DNA of 64,000 bases from Thermodesulfobacteriota bacterium (GTDB lineage: Bacteria > Desulfobacterota > Desulfobulbia > Desulfobulbales > SURF-16): NCBI GenBank assembly GCA_040755455.1, contig JBFMAY010000012.1:24274-88273 (forward strand), in the 5' to 3' direction. Below are positions 39,255 through 48,407 of the stretch, one piece after another. Numbering within the stretch: the stretch's first letter is position 1; every line of letters begins with the position of its first letter. The notes below the pieces were generated by a model. The model was given only the letters and a program-made list of their open reading frames with translations, did not search any database and was not told the DNA's origin. Both the position numbers and the translations under genes were made by a program.

Positions 39255-39428
39255 GGGCATTGACTAAGCATTACATCTCTAAATTATTTCGTGCAACCTA
39301 CGCCGTTCACCCTTGTGATATTACATTTATTTTTTACAGCGGCTTAGCCGCTGCGGCGGTGGCCATGGTCGCTAACCGAAAACGACTCCCCATCTCATCC
39401 CTGAAAACACGTTCGACAAAACCCTATT

Positions 39429-40247
39429 ATGCACCTTAAAGACATAGACTGGAATAAACTCTGGCAGGAGGCGCGCCGGCAGAAGAGCTGGAAGAAAAAG
39501 GGGAAAAAAGACTGGGATGCCCGCGCGGCCAGCTTTGCCAAGAGAAATAGCGACTCAAGCTATGCCGATCGCTTTCTGCAGCTGATAAAACCCGAACCGC
39601 ACTGGCGGGTGCTGGATATCGGCTGCGGCCCGGGAACCCTGGCCCTTCCTCTGGCGGCAAAGGTGAAAGCCGTGACCGCCATTGATTTTTCCCCGGCCAT
39701 GCTGCACGAACTGGAAAAGAGGGCGGCAGAGCAGGGGATCTTCAACATCGCCACCATCCAGGCATGCTGGACCGACGACTGGCGGCAGCTGTCGATTCCC
39801 GTCCATGAAGTTGTCATCAGCTCCCGCTCCCTGTCGGTTAGCGATCTGAAAAGCGCTCTGGAAAAAATGAACGCCTGGGCCACGGAAAAGGTCTTCATCG
39901 CCGACCGGGTGGGCAGCGGCCCGTTTGATCCGGAGCTGTTTGCCGCTGTCGGCCGCCCCTTTGACCCCGGTCCAGATTATATTTTTACGGTGAACCTCTT
40001 GTATCAGATGGGGATTCATCCTAAAATCGATTATATTGAACATGACCAGCGCAAAACATTTGCCACCAGGGACGATGCGCTTGCAAGCTGCCGCTGGATG
40101 TTTGATGATCTCAGCCCGGCCGACGAGGTACGCCTTGCAGCCTATGTTGATGAACGACTGGAGCACAATGAAGCCGGCACCTGCAATCTCAGGCGCAACA
40201 CTCGGGTGAAATGGGCCTTATTATCCTGGGAAAAAAGAACGGTTTGA
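39429..40247 (+). CDS. Class I SAM-dependent methyltransferase
   Basis: VLDIGCGPGTL and TAIDFSPAML. Confidence 0.88.
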   Translation: MHLKDIDWNKLWQEARRQKSWKKKGKKDWDARAASFAKRNSDSSYADRFLQLIKPEPHWRVLDIGCGPGTLALPLAAKVKAVTAIDFSPAMLHELEKRAAEQGIFNIATIQACWTDDWRQLSIPVHEVVISSRSLSVSDLKSALEKMNAWATEKVFIADRVGSGPFDPELFAAVGRPFDPGPDYIFTVNLLYQMGIHPKIDYIEHDQRKTFATRDDALASCRWMFDDLSPADEVRLAAYVDERLEHNEAGTCNLRRNTRVKWALLSWEKRTV

Positions 40248-40248
40248 C

Positions 40249-41595
40249 ATGCGAATAATGATTGTCGGTGCCGGCCAGGTCGGCCATTATCTCTGCGAAA
40301 AACTCTCCGTGGAAGGCCAGGAGGTTGTGCTGATCGACCGTGACGAAAAAAAGCTGCGCAAACTGGAGCGCAACCTCAATATTCTTCCCGTGCACGGCAG
40401 TGCTGCCTCTGCCCGGGTGCTGGAAGAGGCGGGCATCAAGAATACCAACCTCTTTATTGCGGTGACCGACAGCGACGAGGTCAATCTCATCGCCTGCATC
40501 CTCTCCAAACAATACAATGTTGCCAGCCGCATCGCCCGGGTGCGCAATGAGGATTTCTACGTTTCCGGCGAGGCCCATACCGAAAAAACCCTGGACATTG
40601 ACCTGCTCATCAGTCCGGACATCGCCATGGCCGATGAGATCATGACCTTGAGCCAACTCTCCGATGCCTTTGCCGTGGCGGGTTTTGCCGGCGGCCAGGT
40701 GGAACTGCTGGGCTACGAGGTTTTTAAGGGCAACCCCATGATGGGCATTACCCTGCAGAAAATGCAGACCATGCAGCGGCAGAGCAACTTCCTCATTGTT
40801 GCCATTAGCCGGGCTGGCAACACCATTATCCCCCGGGGTGACGACAAGATCGAGGCGGGCGACAAAATTTATCTGGTGGCCCGCAAAAAAGACATTGCCG
40901 AGGTCGAGGCCCACTTTCATTTCACCAGCAAGGCGCCGAAAAAGGTTTTCATCATCGGCGGCGGCACCATCGGCTGCATGGTGGCCAAGCGGATGGAAAG
41001 GCAGGGAATCAGCGTCAGCCTGGTGGAAGAAGACCCCAAACGCTGCGAATTCCTGACCGGTCTGCTGGAACAATCCGTTATCCTCAACTGTGACGGGCTG
41101 GAGGCCCACGAACTGCTGGAAGAGGGTATTGATCAGGCTGATCTGGTCATCTCGGTCACGGAAAGCGACACGGCCAACATTCTGTCAAGCCTGCTGGCCA
41201 AACACCATGGGGCGCGTAAGTGTATCACCAAAATCAACCGTCCTGACTTCATTCCCCTGCTCGGCAAACTGGGCATTGACGTGGCCTTGAGTCCTCGACT
41301 GGTGGCGGCCAACATGATTCTGCGCTTTGTGCGCGGCGGCGGCAAAATCGTCTCCGTGGCCACCCTGCTCGGCAGTGACGCCGAGGTGATGGAGATCCAG
41401 GTAAGCGACAAGGCAAAATTTCAGGACATCCCCTTGAAATCCCTGAAGTTTCCGAGGAATGCCGTGCTGGGAGCCATTTCCCGCAAGGGCAAGGTCATTA
41501 TCCCGTCCGGCGAGACAAAACTGAAAGCGGGCGATAACCTGGTGGTCTTTTTTGCCAAGGATGCCATCTCCAGTGTTGAAGCCTTTTTTGGATAA
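40249..41595 (+). CDS. trkA: Trk potassium uptake regulatory subunit TrkA
   Basis: Two RCK domains (IVGAGQVG, IIGGGTIG) and AVTDSDEVN. Confidence 0.96.
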   Translation: MRIMIVGAGQVGHYLCEKLSVEGQEVVLIDRDEKKLRKLERNLNILPVHGSAASARVLEEAGIKNTNLFIAVTDSDEVNLIACILSKQYNVASRIARVRNEDFYVSGEAHTEKTLDIDLLISPDIAMADEIMTLSQLSDAFAVAGFAGGQVELLGYEVFKGNPMMGITLQKMQTMQRQSNFLIVAISRAGNTIIPRGDDKIEAGDKIYLVARKKDIAEVEAHFHFTSKAPKKVFIIGGGTIGCMVAKRMERQGISVSLVEEDPKRCEFLTGLLEQSVILNCDGLEAHELLEEGIDQADLVISVTESDTANILSSLLAKHHGARKCITKINRPDFIPLLGKLGIDVALSPRLVAANMILRFVRGGGKIVSVATLLGSDAEVMEIQVSDKAKFQDIPLKSLKFPRNAVLGAISRKGKVIIPSGETKLKAGDNLVVFFAKDAISSVEAFFG

Positions 41596-41603
41596 GGACA
41601 GGC

Positions 41604-43094
41604 ATGCGAACCGGCGGCGTTCTCAATATTATCGGCAAACTGCTTATCCTGATCTCACTTTGTCTGCTCACCCCCATCCCTTTCAGCCTTTATTTCCATG
41701 ACGGCATGGTGGGTGTCTTCCTGGGCTGCTCCCTGATCGGCGCCGCGCTGGGTGGCCTTATGGTGGCAACCTTTGTGGCGGAACAGGATCTCGGCTATCG
41801 CGACGGCTTTGCCGTGGTGGTTTTCAGCTGGCTTGGCTTGGCCTTTCTCGGTGCTCTGCCCTACTATTTCTGCGGTGTGATGCCCTCTTATGTGGATTGT
41901 TTTTTTGAAGCGATGTCCGGTTTCACCACCACCGGCTCAACCGTGCTCGCGGAGGTGGAGGTTCTGCCGCCGAGCGTACTCTTCTGGCGCTCCACCACCC
42001 ACTGGATCGGCGGCATGGGCATCATCGTCCTCTCCCTGGCCATCCTGCCCATGCTGGGAGTGGGCGGCACCCAGCTGTTTCAGGCGGAAATGCCCGGGCC
42101 CACCAAGGACCGGCTGGCCCCGCGGATTCAGGACACGGCCAGGATCCTGTGGGGTGTCTACCTGCTCTTTACCCTGCTGGAGATCCTGCTGCTGCTGGTG
42201 GGCGGCATGACCTTCTTCAACGCGGTGTGCCACGCCTTCGCCAGCCTGGCCACCGGCGGATTCTCCACCCACACGGCCAGCGCCGCCTATTACAGCTCCT
42301 CCTACATTCATTATGTCCTGATCGCCTTTATGTTTCTGGCCGGCATCAACTTTTCTCTGCATCACCGGGCCCTGATGAGCGGCAAATTATCGGACTACTG
42401 GCGGGACGAGGAGTTCCGCCTTTACCTCCTCATCATCGCTCTTGCCACCATCTTCATCATCAGTGCCAATCTGACCCAGCATATTTATGACGATTTCGGC
42501 CTTGCCTTCCGGAACTCCCTTTTCAATGTGGTTTCCATCCTCACCACCACCGGCTTCGGCTCCGCTGATTTTGACCAGTGGCCGCCGGCCTGTAAAATGA
42601 TCCTGGTTTCCATGATGTTTGTCGGCGGCTGCGCCGGATCAACCAGCGGCGGCATCAAGGTAGTGCGCATCCTGCTTTTTTTCAAATACGCCAGGCTGCA
42701 GCTGCACTGCCTTGTCCACCCCCGGGCCGTCGGCACCATCAAGCTGGGCAACCAGAAGGTGCCCAAGGAAGTGATGATCGCCATCCTTGGCTTCTTTGCC
42801 CTGTATATCAGCTTTTTTCTGCTGGCCAGCCTGCTGGTCACCGCCCTCGGCGTTGACCTGCTCACCGGCATGACGGCGGTTATCGCCACGCTGAACAATG
42901 TCGGACCGGGCCTGCAGGAGGTAGGTCCGGTTCGCAATTTCGGCGGCCTGCCGGATCTTGCCAAGGTCGTGCTCAGTATCTGCATGCTGGCTGGCCGTCT
43001 GGAGCTTTATCCCGTGGCTGTCCTCCTCACTCCGGCTTTCTGGCGCATGGCCAGAAAACCGGTTTTCAGGTGGCAGCTGAAAAATGCAAACTAA
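41604..43094 (+). CDS. trkH: Trk potassium uptake membrane subunit TrkH
   Basis: SGFTTTGST, ATGGFS, TTTGFG, GGCAGSTSGGIK, NVGPG and GRLE selectivity-filter motifs. Confidence 0.96.
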   Translation: MRTGGVLNIIGKLLILISLCLLTPIPFSLYFHDGMVGVFLGCSLIGAALGGLMVATFVAEQDLGYRDGFAVVVFSWLGLAFLGALPYYFCGVMPSYVDCFFEAMSGFTTTGSTVLAEVEVLPPSVLFWRSTTHWIGGMGIIVLSLAILPMLGVGGTQLFQAEMPGPTKDRLAPRIQDTARILWGVYLLFTLLEILLLLVGGMTFFNAVCHAFASLATGGFSTHTASAAYYSSSYIHYVLIAFMFLAGINFSLHHRALMSGKLSDYWRDEEFRLYLLIIALATIFIISANLTQHIYDDFGLAFRNSLFNVVSILTTTGFGSADFDQWPPACKMILVSMMFVGGCAGSTSGGIKVVRILLFFKYARLQLHCLVHPRAVGTIKLGNQKVPKEVMIAILGFFALYISFFLLASLLVTALGVDLLTGMTAVIATLNNVGPGLQEVGPVRNFGGLPDLAKVVLSICMLAGRLELYPVAVLLTPAFWRMARKPVFRWQLKNAN

Positions 43095-43107
43095 AAACGG
43101 AAAGACC

Positions 43108-44973
43108 ATGAACGATTATGATATCATCGTCATCGGCGCCGGTCATGCGGGTTGCGAAGCCGCCCTGGCAGGCGCCCGCATGGGCTGCCGGACGGCGGTG
43201 CTGACCATCAATGCCGACACCATCGGCGCCATGTCCTGCAATCCCGCCATCGGCGGGCTGGCCAAGGGCCACCTGGTCAAGGAAATAGATGCCTTGGGCG
43301 GCGAGATGGCCAAAAATATCGACGCCACCGCCATCCAGTTCCGCAGGCTCAACACCAGCAAAGGCCCGGCGGTGTGGTCCTCCCGCGCCCAGGCCGACCG
43401 TCTGCTTTACCGGCTGCGCATGAAGTCGGTGCTGGAAAACCAGCAAAACCTCGATATCCGGCAGGCCTTTGCCGACCGGCTGGTGGTGGAAAACGGCAGG
43501 ATCACCGGGGTGATCACCTCCCTGGAAGAAACCCTGTCCTGCCGGGCGGTGGTTATTGTCACCGGCACCTTTTTAAACGGGCTGATTCACATCGGCCTGA
43601 AATCCTTTCCCGCCGGCCGCCAAGGAGACGCCCCGTCCATTTCCCTGGCCAGCAATCTGCGGGAGCTGGGCTTCCGGATGGGCCGCATGAAAACCGGCAC
43701 CACCCCCAGGCTTGACGGCACCACCATCAACTACGACGGCCTTGAACCGCAGCACAGCGATGACCCGCCCAACTTCTTCTCCTATTCCACCAGCGGCGCG
43801 CCCGCATTGCCCCAGCGGCCGTGCCACATCACCTACACCAATGAAAAAACCCACGAGATCATCCGCGGGGGCACCGACCGCTCGCCCATGTACACCGGCA
43901 TCATCGAAGGGGTGGGAGCCCGCTACTGTCCCTCCATTGAAGACAAGGTCATGCGCTTTCCCGAAAAGATACGCCACCAGATCTTCCTTGAGCCGGAGGG
44001 GCTTGATACGGTGGAGGTCTATCCCAACGGCATTCCCACCAGCCTGCCGGTGGATGTGCAGCTGGCCATGCTGCACAGCATCAATGGCCTGGAAAAGGTC
44101 AAGCTGATCCGGCCCGGCTATGCCATCGAGTATGACTATGTCGATCCGCTGGAACTGCACCCTTCCCTGGAAACAAAGCGCATCGGCGGGCTGTTTCTGG
44201 CCGGCCAGATCAACGGCACCTCGGGCTATGAGGAGGCCGCGGCCCAGGGGCTGATAGCCGGCATCAACGCGGTCCAATACTGCCGGGCCGCGGAGCCGCT
44301 GATCCTTAATCGCTCCCAGGCTTACACCGGCGTGCTCATTGATGATCTCGTCACCCGCGGCACCAAGGAGCCATACCGACTTTTTACCTCCAGAGCCGAA
44401 TACCGGCTGCTGCTGCGGGAAGACAACGCAGACCTGCGCCTGCGGGAGATCGGCCGCCGGCTCGGCCTGGTGGACGATGCCACCTATGCGGCCTTCTGCC
44501 GGAAAAGAGACGCCATCGCGGCCGCCTTCACCTGGCTGAACAACACCCAGGTCAAACCCGGTGATGCCATCAACCAGCGGCTTACGGCCGTAGGCCTGGC
44601 CCCCTTGAAACAGATGGTTTCCATGGCCTCGCTGCTGCGCCGGCCGGAGCTGACCCTGGCCGATCTCGGGCCGCTTACCGGCATGGAAATCCTGGTGGAG
44701 CCGCAAATTGCGCTTGAAGTCCAGCTGCAGGTCAAATATGAAGGATATATCAGGCGCCAGCAGGAACAGGTAGAACGGTTCAAAAAGCTGGAGAATATCA
44801 ACCTGCCGGAAGAGATGGATTACACCGGCCTGCCCGGTCTTTCCCATGAGGTGGTGGAAAAACTGGGCAGAATCCAGCCACGCTCGCTGGGTCAGGCATC
44901 CCGTATTTCCGGGATCACTCCTGCCGCTATTTCCGTGCTGCAGGTCCACCTGAAAAAAGAGGGATTACTGTAA
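43108..44973 (+). CDS. mnmG: tRNA uridine-5-carboxymethylaminomethyl modification enzyme MnmG (GidA)
   Basis: IGAGHAGCEAA, MSCNPAIGG, KTGTTPR, RYCPSIEDK and GQINGTSGYEEAAAQG. Start at 43108 or 43084. Confidence 0.98.
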   Translation: MNDYDIIVIGAGHAGCEAALAGARMGCRTAVLTINADTIGAMSCNPAIGGLAKGHLVKEIDALGGEMAKNIDATAIQFRRLNTSKGPAVWSSRAQADRLLYRLRMKSVLENQQNLDIRQAFADRLVVENGRITGVITSLEETLSCRAVVIVTGTFLNGLIHIGLKSFPAGRQGDAPSISLASNLRELGFRMGRMKTGTTPRLDGTTINYDGLEPQHSDDPPNFFSYSTSGAPALPQRPCHITYTNEKTHEIIRGGTDRSPMYTGIIEGVGARYCPSIEDKVMRFPEKIRHQIFLEPEGLDTVEVYPNGIPTSLPVDVQLAMLHSINGLEKVKLIRPGYAIEYDYVDPLELHPSLETKRIGGLFLAGQINGTSGYEEAAAQGLIAGINAVQYCRAAEPLILNRSQAYTGVLIDDLVTRGTKEPYRLFTSRAEYRLLLREDNADLRLREIGRRLGLVDDATYAAFCRKRDAIAAAFTWLNNTQVKPGDAINQRLTAVGLAPLKQMVSMASLLRRPELTLADLGPLTGMEILVEPQIALEVQLQVKYEGYIRRQQEQVERFKKLENINLPEEMDYTGLPGLSHEVVEKLGRIQPRSLGQASRISGITPAAISVLQVHLKKEGLL

Positions 44974-46236
44974 ATGAAACAAATTCTCGTCGTTGAAGAC
45001 AACCCCCCCATGGGGACCATGATCAAAAAAAGGCTGGAAAAAACTGGAAAATTTGCCGTCACCTGGGTGACAAGCAGGGGGGAAACAGAGGAACTACTCG
45101 CAGCTGCGGCAAACGACACTTTTTTCGCCGCCCTGCTCGATTTCAATCTACCGGACGCCACCCAAGGGGAGATCATTGCGCTGGTGGTGGCAAAAAATAT
45201 CCCGGTGATTATTTTTACCGCCTATGTCAGTGAAGAGGTGCGGCAAACAGTCTGGTTACACAATGTTGTTGATTATGTCCTGAAGGAAGATGTACTGAGC
45301 ATGGAGTATATTCTGTCCCTGCTGGACCGTCTGGAAAAAAATGTAGGAACCCAGGTTCTGGTGACTGACAGGGATGCGGAAAAGATGGAAAGAATAGCAA
45401 GCCTGCTCCGGGTGCACCGCTACGATGTGCTCACCGCCGATTCCGGCCGGGAAACCCTGAAAATCCTGTCAACCAACCCTAAAGTCCGGCTGGTGATAGC
45501 GGCCTCTGAAGTCGACGACATGGACGGGCTCACCCTGATCCAGAAAATCCGCCGCAACTACGGGAAAGAAGACCTGGCCATCATGGGCATGGTGTACGCC
45601 GGCGAACATATCAAGGCCGCCCGTTTTCTCAAATATGGGGCGAACCACTGCATCGTCCGGCAGACGTTTCTGCCGGAGGAATTCTACTGCATGGTAAGGC
45701 TGCTTATTGAAAACATTGAACATATCCAGCAGCTCCGCTCAACATCCCTGATGGATTTCCTCACCGGCCTCCATAACCGGAGATATTTTTTCATCACCGG
45801 GGAAAAGCTGTTCGCCAATGCCAAGCGGCAGGCCCTTACCCTGGTCTGCGCCATGCTGGATATTGACTTCTTCAAAAAGGTAAACGATCAATTCGGCCAT
45901 GAAGCAGGGGACCGGGTATTGCAGCATGTGGCCAACATCCTGCGCAACCGCCTGCGCAAAACAGACATTGTCGCCCGCATCGGCGGGGAAGAGTTCTGTA
46001 TTCTGGCGGTCAACATGGATACGGCGTCAGTGCACAGAATTTTTGAAGAACTGCGCTGCAAGATCGAGCAGTCGGTGGTGGTGCTTGATGACGGCCTGGG
46101 CGAGGTAAGCATTACGGTCAGCATCGGCATCGCCACGCAGCTGGGAGACAGTCTGGACCATATGCTCAAAAAGGCCGACTTTCATCTTTATGAGGCAAAA
46201 GAAGGCGGCAGAAACCAGATTGTTTCCGACCTTTGA
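44974..46236 (+). CDS. Response-regulator diguanylate cyclase (REC-pseudoREC-GGDEF, PleD-like)
   Basis: VVED..LLDFNLP receiver, degenerate second REC, DFLTGLHNRR, RKTD I-site and GGEEF active site. Confidence 0.92.
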   Translation: MKQILVVEDNPPMGTMIKKRLEKTGKFAVTWVTSRGETEELLAAAANDTFFAALLDFNLPDATQGEIIALVVAKNIPVIIFTAYVSEEVRQTVWLHNVVDYVLKEDVLSMEYILSLLDRLEKNVGTQVLVTDRDAEKMERIASLLRVHRYDVLTADSGRETLKILSTNPKVRLVIAASEVDDMDGLTLIQKIRRNYGKEDLAIMGMVYAGEHIKAARFLKYGANHCIVRQTFLPEEFYCMVRLLIENIEHIQQLRSTSLMDFLTGLHNRRYFFITGEKLFANAKRQALTLVCAMLDIDFFKKVNDQFGHEAGDRVLQHVANILRNRLRKTDIVARIGGEEFCILAVNMDTASVHRIFEELRCKIEQSVVVLDDGLGEVSITVSIGIATQLGDSLDHMLKKADFHLYEAKEGGRNQIVSDL

Positions 46237-46237
46237 T

Positions 46238-46274
46238 TTCGACATTTTTGACGAGCGCTGCGGAAAATGTCGAA
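46238..46274. promoter_or_regulatory. Putative upstream activator sequence (enhancer) for a sigma54 activator
   Basis: Perfect 11-bp inverted repeat TTCGACATTTT-N15-AAAATGTCGAA, about 80-110 bp upstream of a -24/-12 promoter. No T tail follows it. Confidence 0.6.
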
Positions 46275-46350
46275 CACCGGGGCGGCTAGCGCCGCGGGCC
46301 TGCAGGCTAACAAATCAGAATCGTTCACAAACCGGCAAATAGGGTACAGA

Positions 46351-46366
46351 TGGCGCAAAAGTTGCT
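46351..46366 (+). promoter_or_regulatory. sigma54 (-24/-12) promoter
   Basis: TGGCGCA-AAAG-TTGCT matches TGGCACG-N4-TTGCW with exact GG-N10-GC spacing, upstream of an operon encoding a sigma54 activator. Confidence 0.75.
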
Positions 46367-46406
46367 GCTATACACTTCATAACAGATGAAGGAGCCAAAA
46401 AAACAT

Positions 46407-46847
46407 ATGCGTTTCATTCTTCCGCTTTTTCTCATCATGATGCTCATACCTTTGCCGCTGCAGGCTGAATATTTTCTCAGGGGCAGGGTCATTGCCGTTG
46501 ACCGGGAAAAAGGCGAAATCACCCTCTCCGCGCTCAACTGCGCGGAGTGCCGGCAGCGGGGGCCTGCCGCCGGGGCGGAAAAACCTGAACCGGCCAAGGA
46601 GCTTGCAGAGGAAAAGATCTACATCATCGCAGCCGACTTCATTCCTCCCTGCGCCTCAGCCGACTCCATCATTCAGGTCTGGGGAGAATTAAGCAAGGAA
46701 GGCGAAAACCGCTTGCAGGCGAGCCGCATAACCGGCCCCGGCTGGCGGCACGGCCAGGACTCAACCGGAGTGCGTTCGCGCATCCGCAAACGCTGCTTTA
46801 TGAATCCGCCGCCCCCTCCTCCACCTCCCGAGCCCGGTGAGCCATGA
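46407..46847 (+). CDS. Exported hypothetical protein (accessory partner of the two-component system)
   Basis: AAGGAG RBS, signal peptide MRFILPLFLIMMLIPLPLQA, CAEC motif and poly-Pro tail; overlaps the kinase start (ATGA). Confidence 0.75.
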   Translation: MRFILPLFLIMMLIPLPLQAEYFLRGRVIAVDREKGEITLSALNCAECRQRGPAAGAEKPEPAKELAEEKIYIIAADFIPPCASADSIIQVWGELSKEGENRLQASRITGPGWRHGQDSTGVRSRIRKRCFMNPPPPPPPPEPGEP

Positions 46848-48403
46848 TGGCCTACACCCCGGAAACAGACGGCGCCGGACAACCTCAGCCGCCGGACCCC
46901 GCGCCCCTGGGACCCTCCTGGAAAATCAACCTGCTGGTAATAGGCGGCCTGATTTTTATCGTGCTGGCCTATTCCTTATGGCAAATCGGCCAGCTGCGAA
47001 AAAACTTCCAGAATTATGCCAGAGAGCATTCCCGGGTGGTCAGCAGCGTGATCGAACAGAACACCCGCACCGCCCGGCTGGCGGAAAGTGCCCTGCAGCA
47101 AACCATCAAAACCTTTCTGGCCAATACCGCCAAATTCATCGACTACCTTGATTCGGTGGAACCGTTTTCCGCCGAGGAGCTGCAGGCCTTTGCCGGAGAG
47201 ACCGGGCTTTCCGCCATCCGCATTGCCCGTAACGGCAGCGACCACAACATGGTGAGCAGCGGCGCCGCTCTCCTCCCTGCGCTCGCCTGCGATCAAACCC
47301 TCCTCGATTATCTTCCGGAAAAAAACCTCTATGTCATGACCTGGCCCCGGCCGGAAAAGGGCTGCATTATGCTGGGCTTTTCCGCCGCCCATATCGAGGA
47401 GCTGCATCAGCAGCTGCGCATGCCGGCTCTGCTCAAGGCCCTGGCCGCCCTGCCTGGCATCAAATACGTCAGGATCGATGAGAGCGGGGCGGACAACGCA
47501 CCACCGGCCGGCACGATGGTCGAACAGCGCATCAGCGCCGGCGACACGGTGCTGCTGGTCGGTTTTGATGCCAGCCAGTACACCATGCGGGTCCGGCAGA
47601 TCTGGCGCAATGTGCTGATCTTCTCCCTGGTGCTGGTCTGCCTGGGGGTTTTCTTTTCCTGGCTGCTCTACCGCTATCAAAGCGCCTATCTGCAGAAGAT
47701 AACCGATTTTGAAAGAAAACTGGCCAGGGAACGGGAAGATGCGGCCCTGGGCCGGGCAACGGCCACCATCACCCATGAGATCCGAAATCCGTTAAATGCC
47801 ATCAGCATGGGCCTGCAGCGCATTGAGCTTGAAGCCGACGAACTGCGGCCGGAACACCGGGAGCTGGCTGCCAGCATGCGCCAGGCGGTAAAGCGCACCA
47901 ACACCATTGTCGGCGATCTGCTCCGCTACAGCAGGCCCATGGCAGCCAAGCCCAATCCGGTCAATCTCGCGGAACTCATTGACGGCATTCTGCGCCTCTA
48001 TCAACCGCAATGCGAGGCGAAAAACATTAGCGTCAGCCACAACAGCAACCTTCCCCGTCCTGTCCGGGGTGACGCGGAACTGCTGGGCCAACTCTTTGAA
48101 AATATCATCAAAAACGCGGTTGAGGCCCAGCCAGAGGGCGGATATATTTCTGTGAGCAACCTGGCGGAAAACGGCCAGGCGCGGATAACCATTGACAACG
48201 CCATGCCCCAGGGCCACAGCCCGGACCTGGTCCAGCTGTTTGAACCCTACTTTACCACCAAAACCCGCGGCACGGGCCTTGGCCTGCCCATCGCCCGCCG
48301 CATCGCCCAGGCCCATGACGGCACCCTGCAGATTGCCGCCCCCGGCGAAGGCGTATTCCGGGCGGTAATCACCTTGCCACTTGCCGCCGGAAATGCTAGG
48401 TGA
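46844..48403 (+). CDS. Membrane sensor histidine kinase (ZraS/AtoS-like)
   Basis: Two TM segments flanking a periplasmic domain; THEIRNPL, NIIKNAVEA and FTTKTRGTGLGL. Confidence 0.92.
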   Translation: MMAYTPETDGAGQPQPPDPAPLGPSWKINLLVIGGLIFIVLAYSLWQIGQLRKNFQNYAREHSRVVSSVIEQNTRTARLAESALQQTIKTFLANTAKFIDYLDSVEPFSAEELQAFAGETGLSAIRIARNGSDHNMVSSGAALLPALACDQTLLDYLPEKNLYVMTWPRPEKGCIMLGFSAAHIEELHQQLRMPALLKALAALPGIKYVRIDESGADNAPPAGTMVEQRISAGDTVLLVGFDASQYTMRVRQIWRNVLIFSLVLVCLGVFFSWLLYRYQSAYLQKITDFERKLAREREDAALGRATATITHEIRNPLNAISMGLQRIELEADELRPEHRELAASMRQAVKRTNTIVGDLLRYSRPMAAKPNPVNLAELIDGILRLYQPQCEAKNISVSHNSNLPRPVRGDAELLGQLFENIIKNAVEAQPEGGYISVSNLAENGQARITIDNAMPQGHSPDLVQLFEPYFTTKTRGTGLGLPIARRIAQAHDGTLQIAAPGEGVFRAVITLPLAAGNAR

Positions 48404-48407
48404 ACCC

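Noticed and set aside
39315..39352. Possible NikR-type site and the palindrome CAGCGGCTTAGCCGCTG upstream of the methyltransferase
   Set aside because: The second half-site is poor and no metal-transport genes are adjacent. The palindrome is single-copy and lacks a T tail.
43573..44949. Long antisense ORFs (458 aa opposite mnmG; similar ones opposite recA, alaS, trkA and the kinases)
   Set aside because: These are shadow ORFs caused by GC-rich codon bias on the strand opposite well-identified genes.
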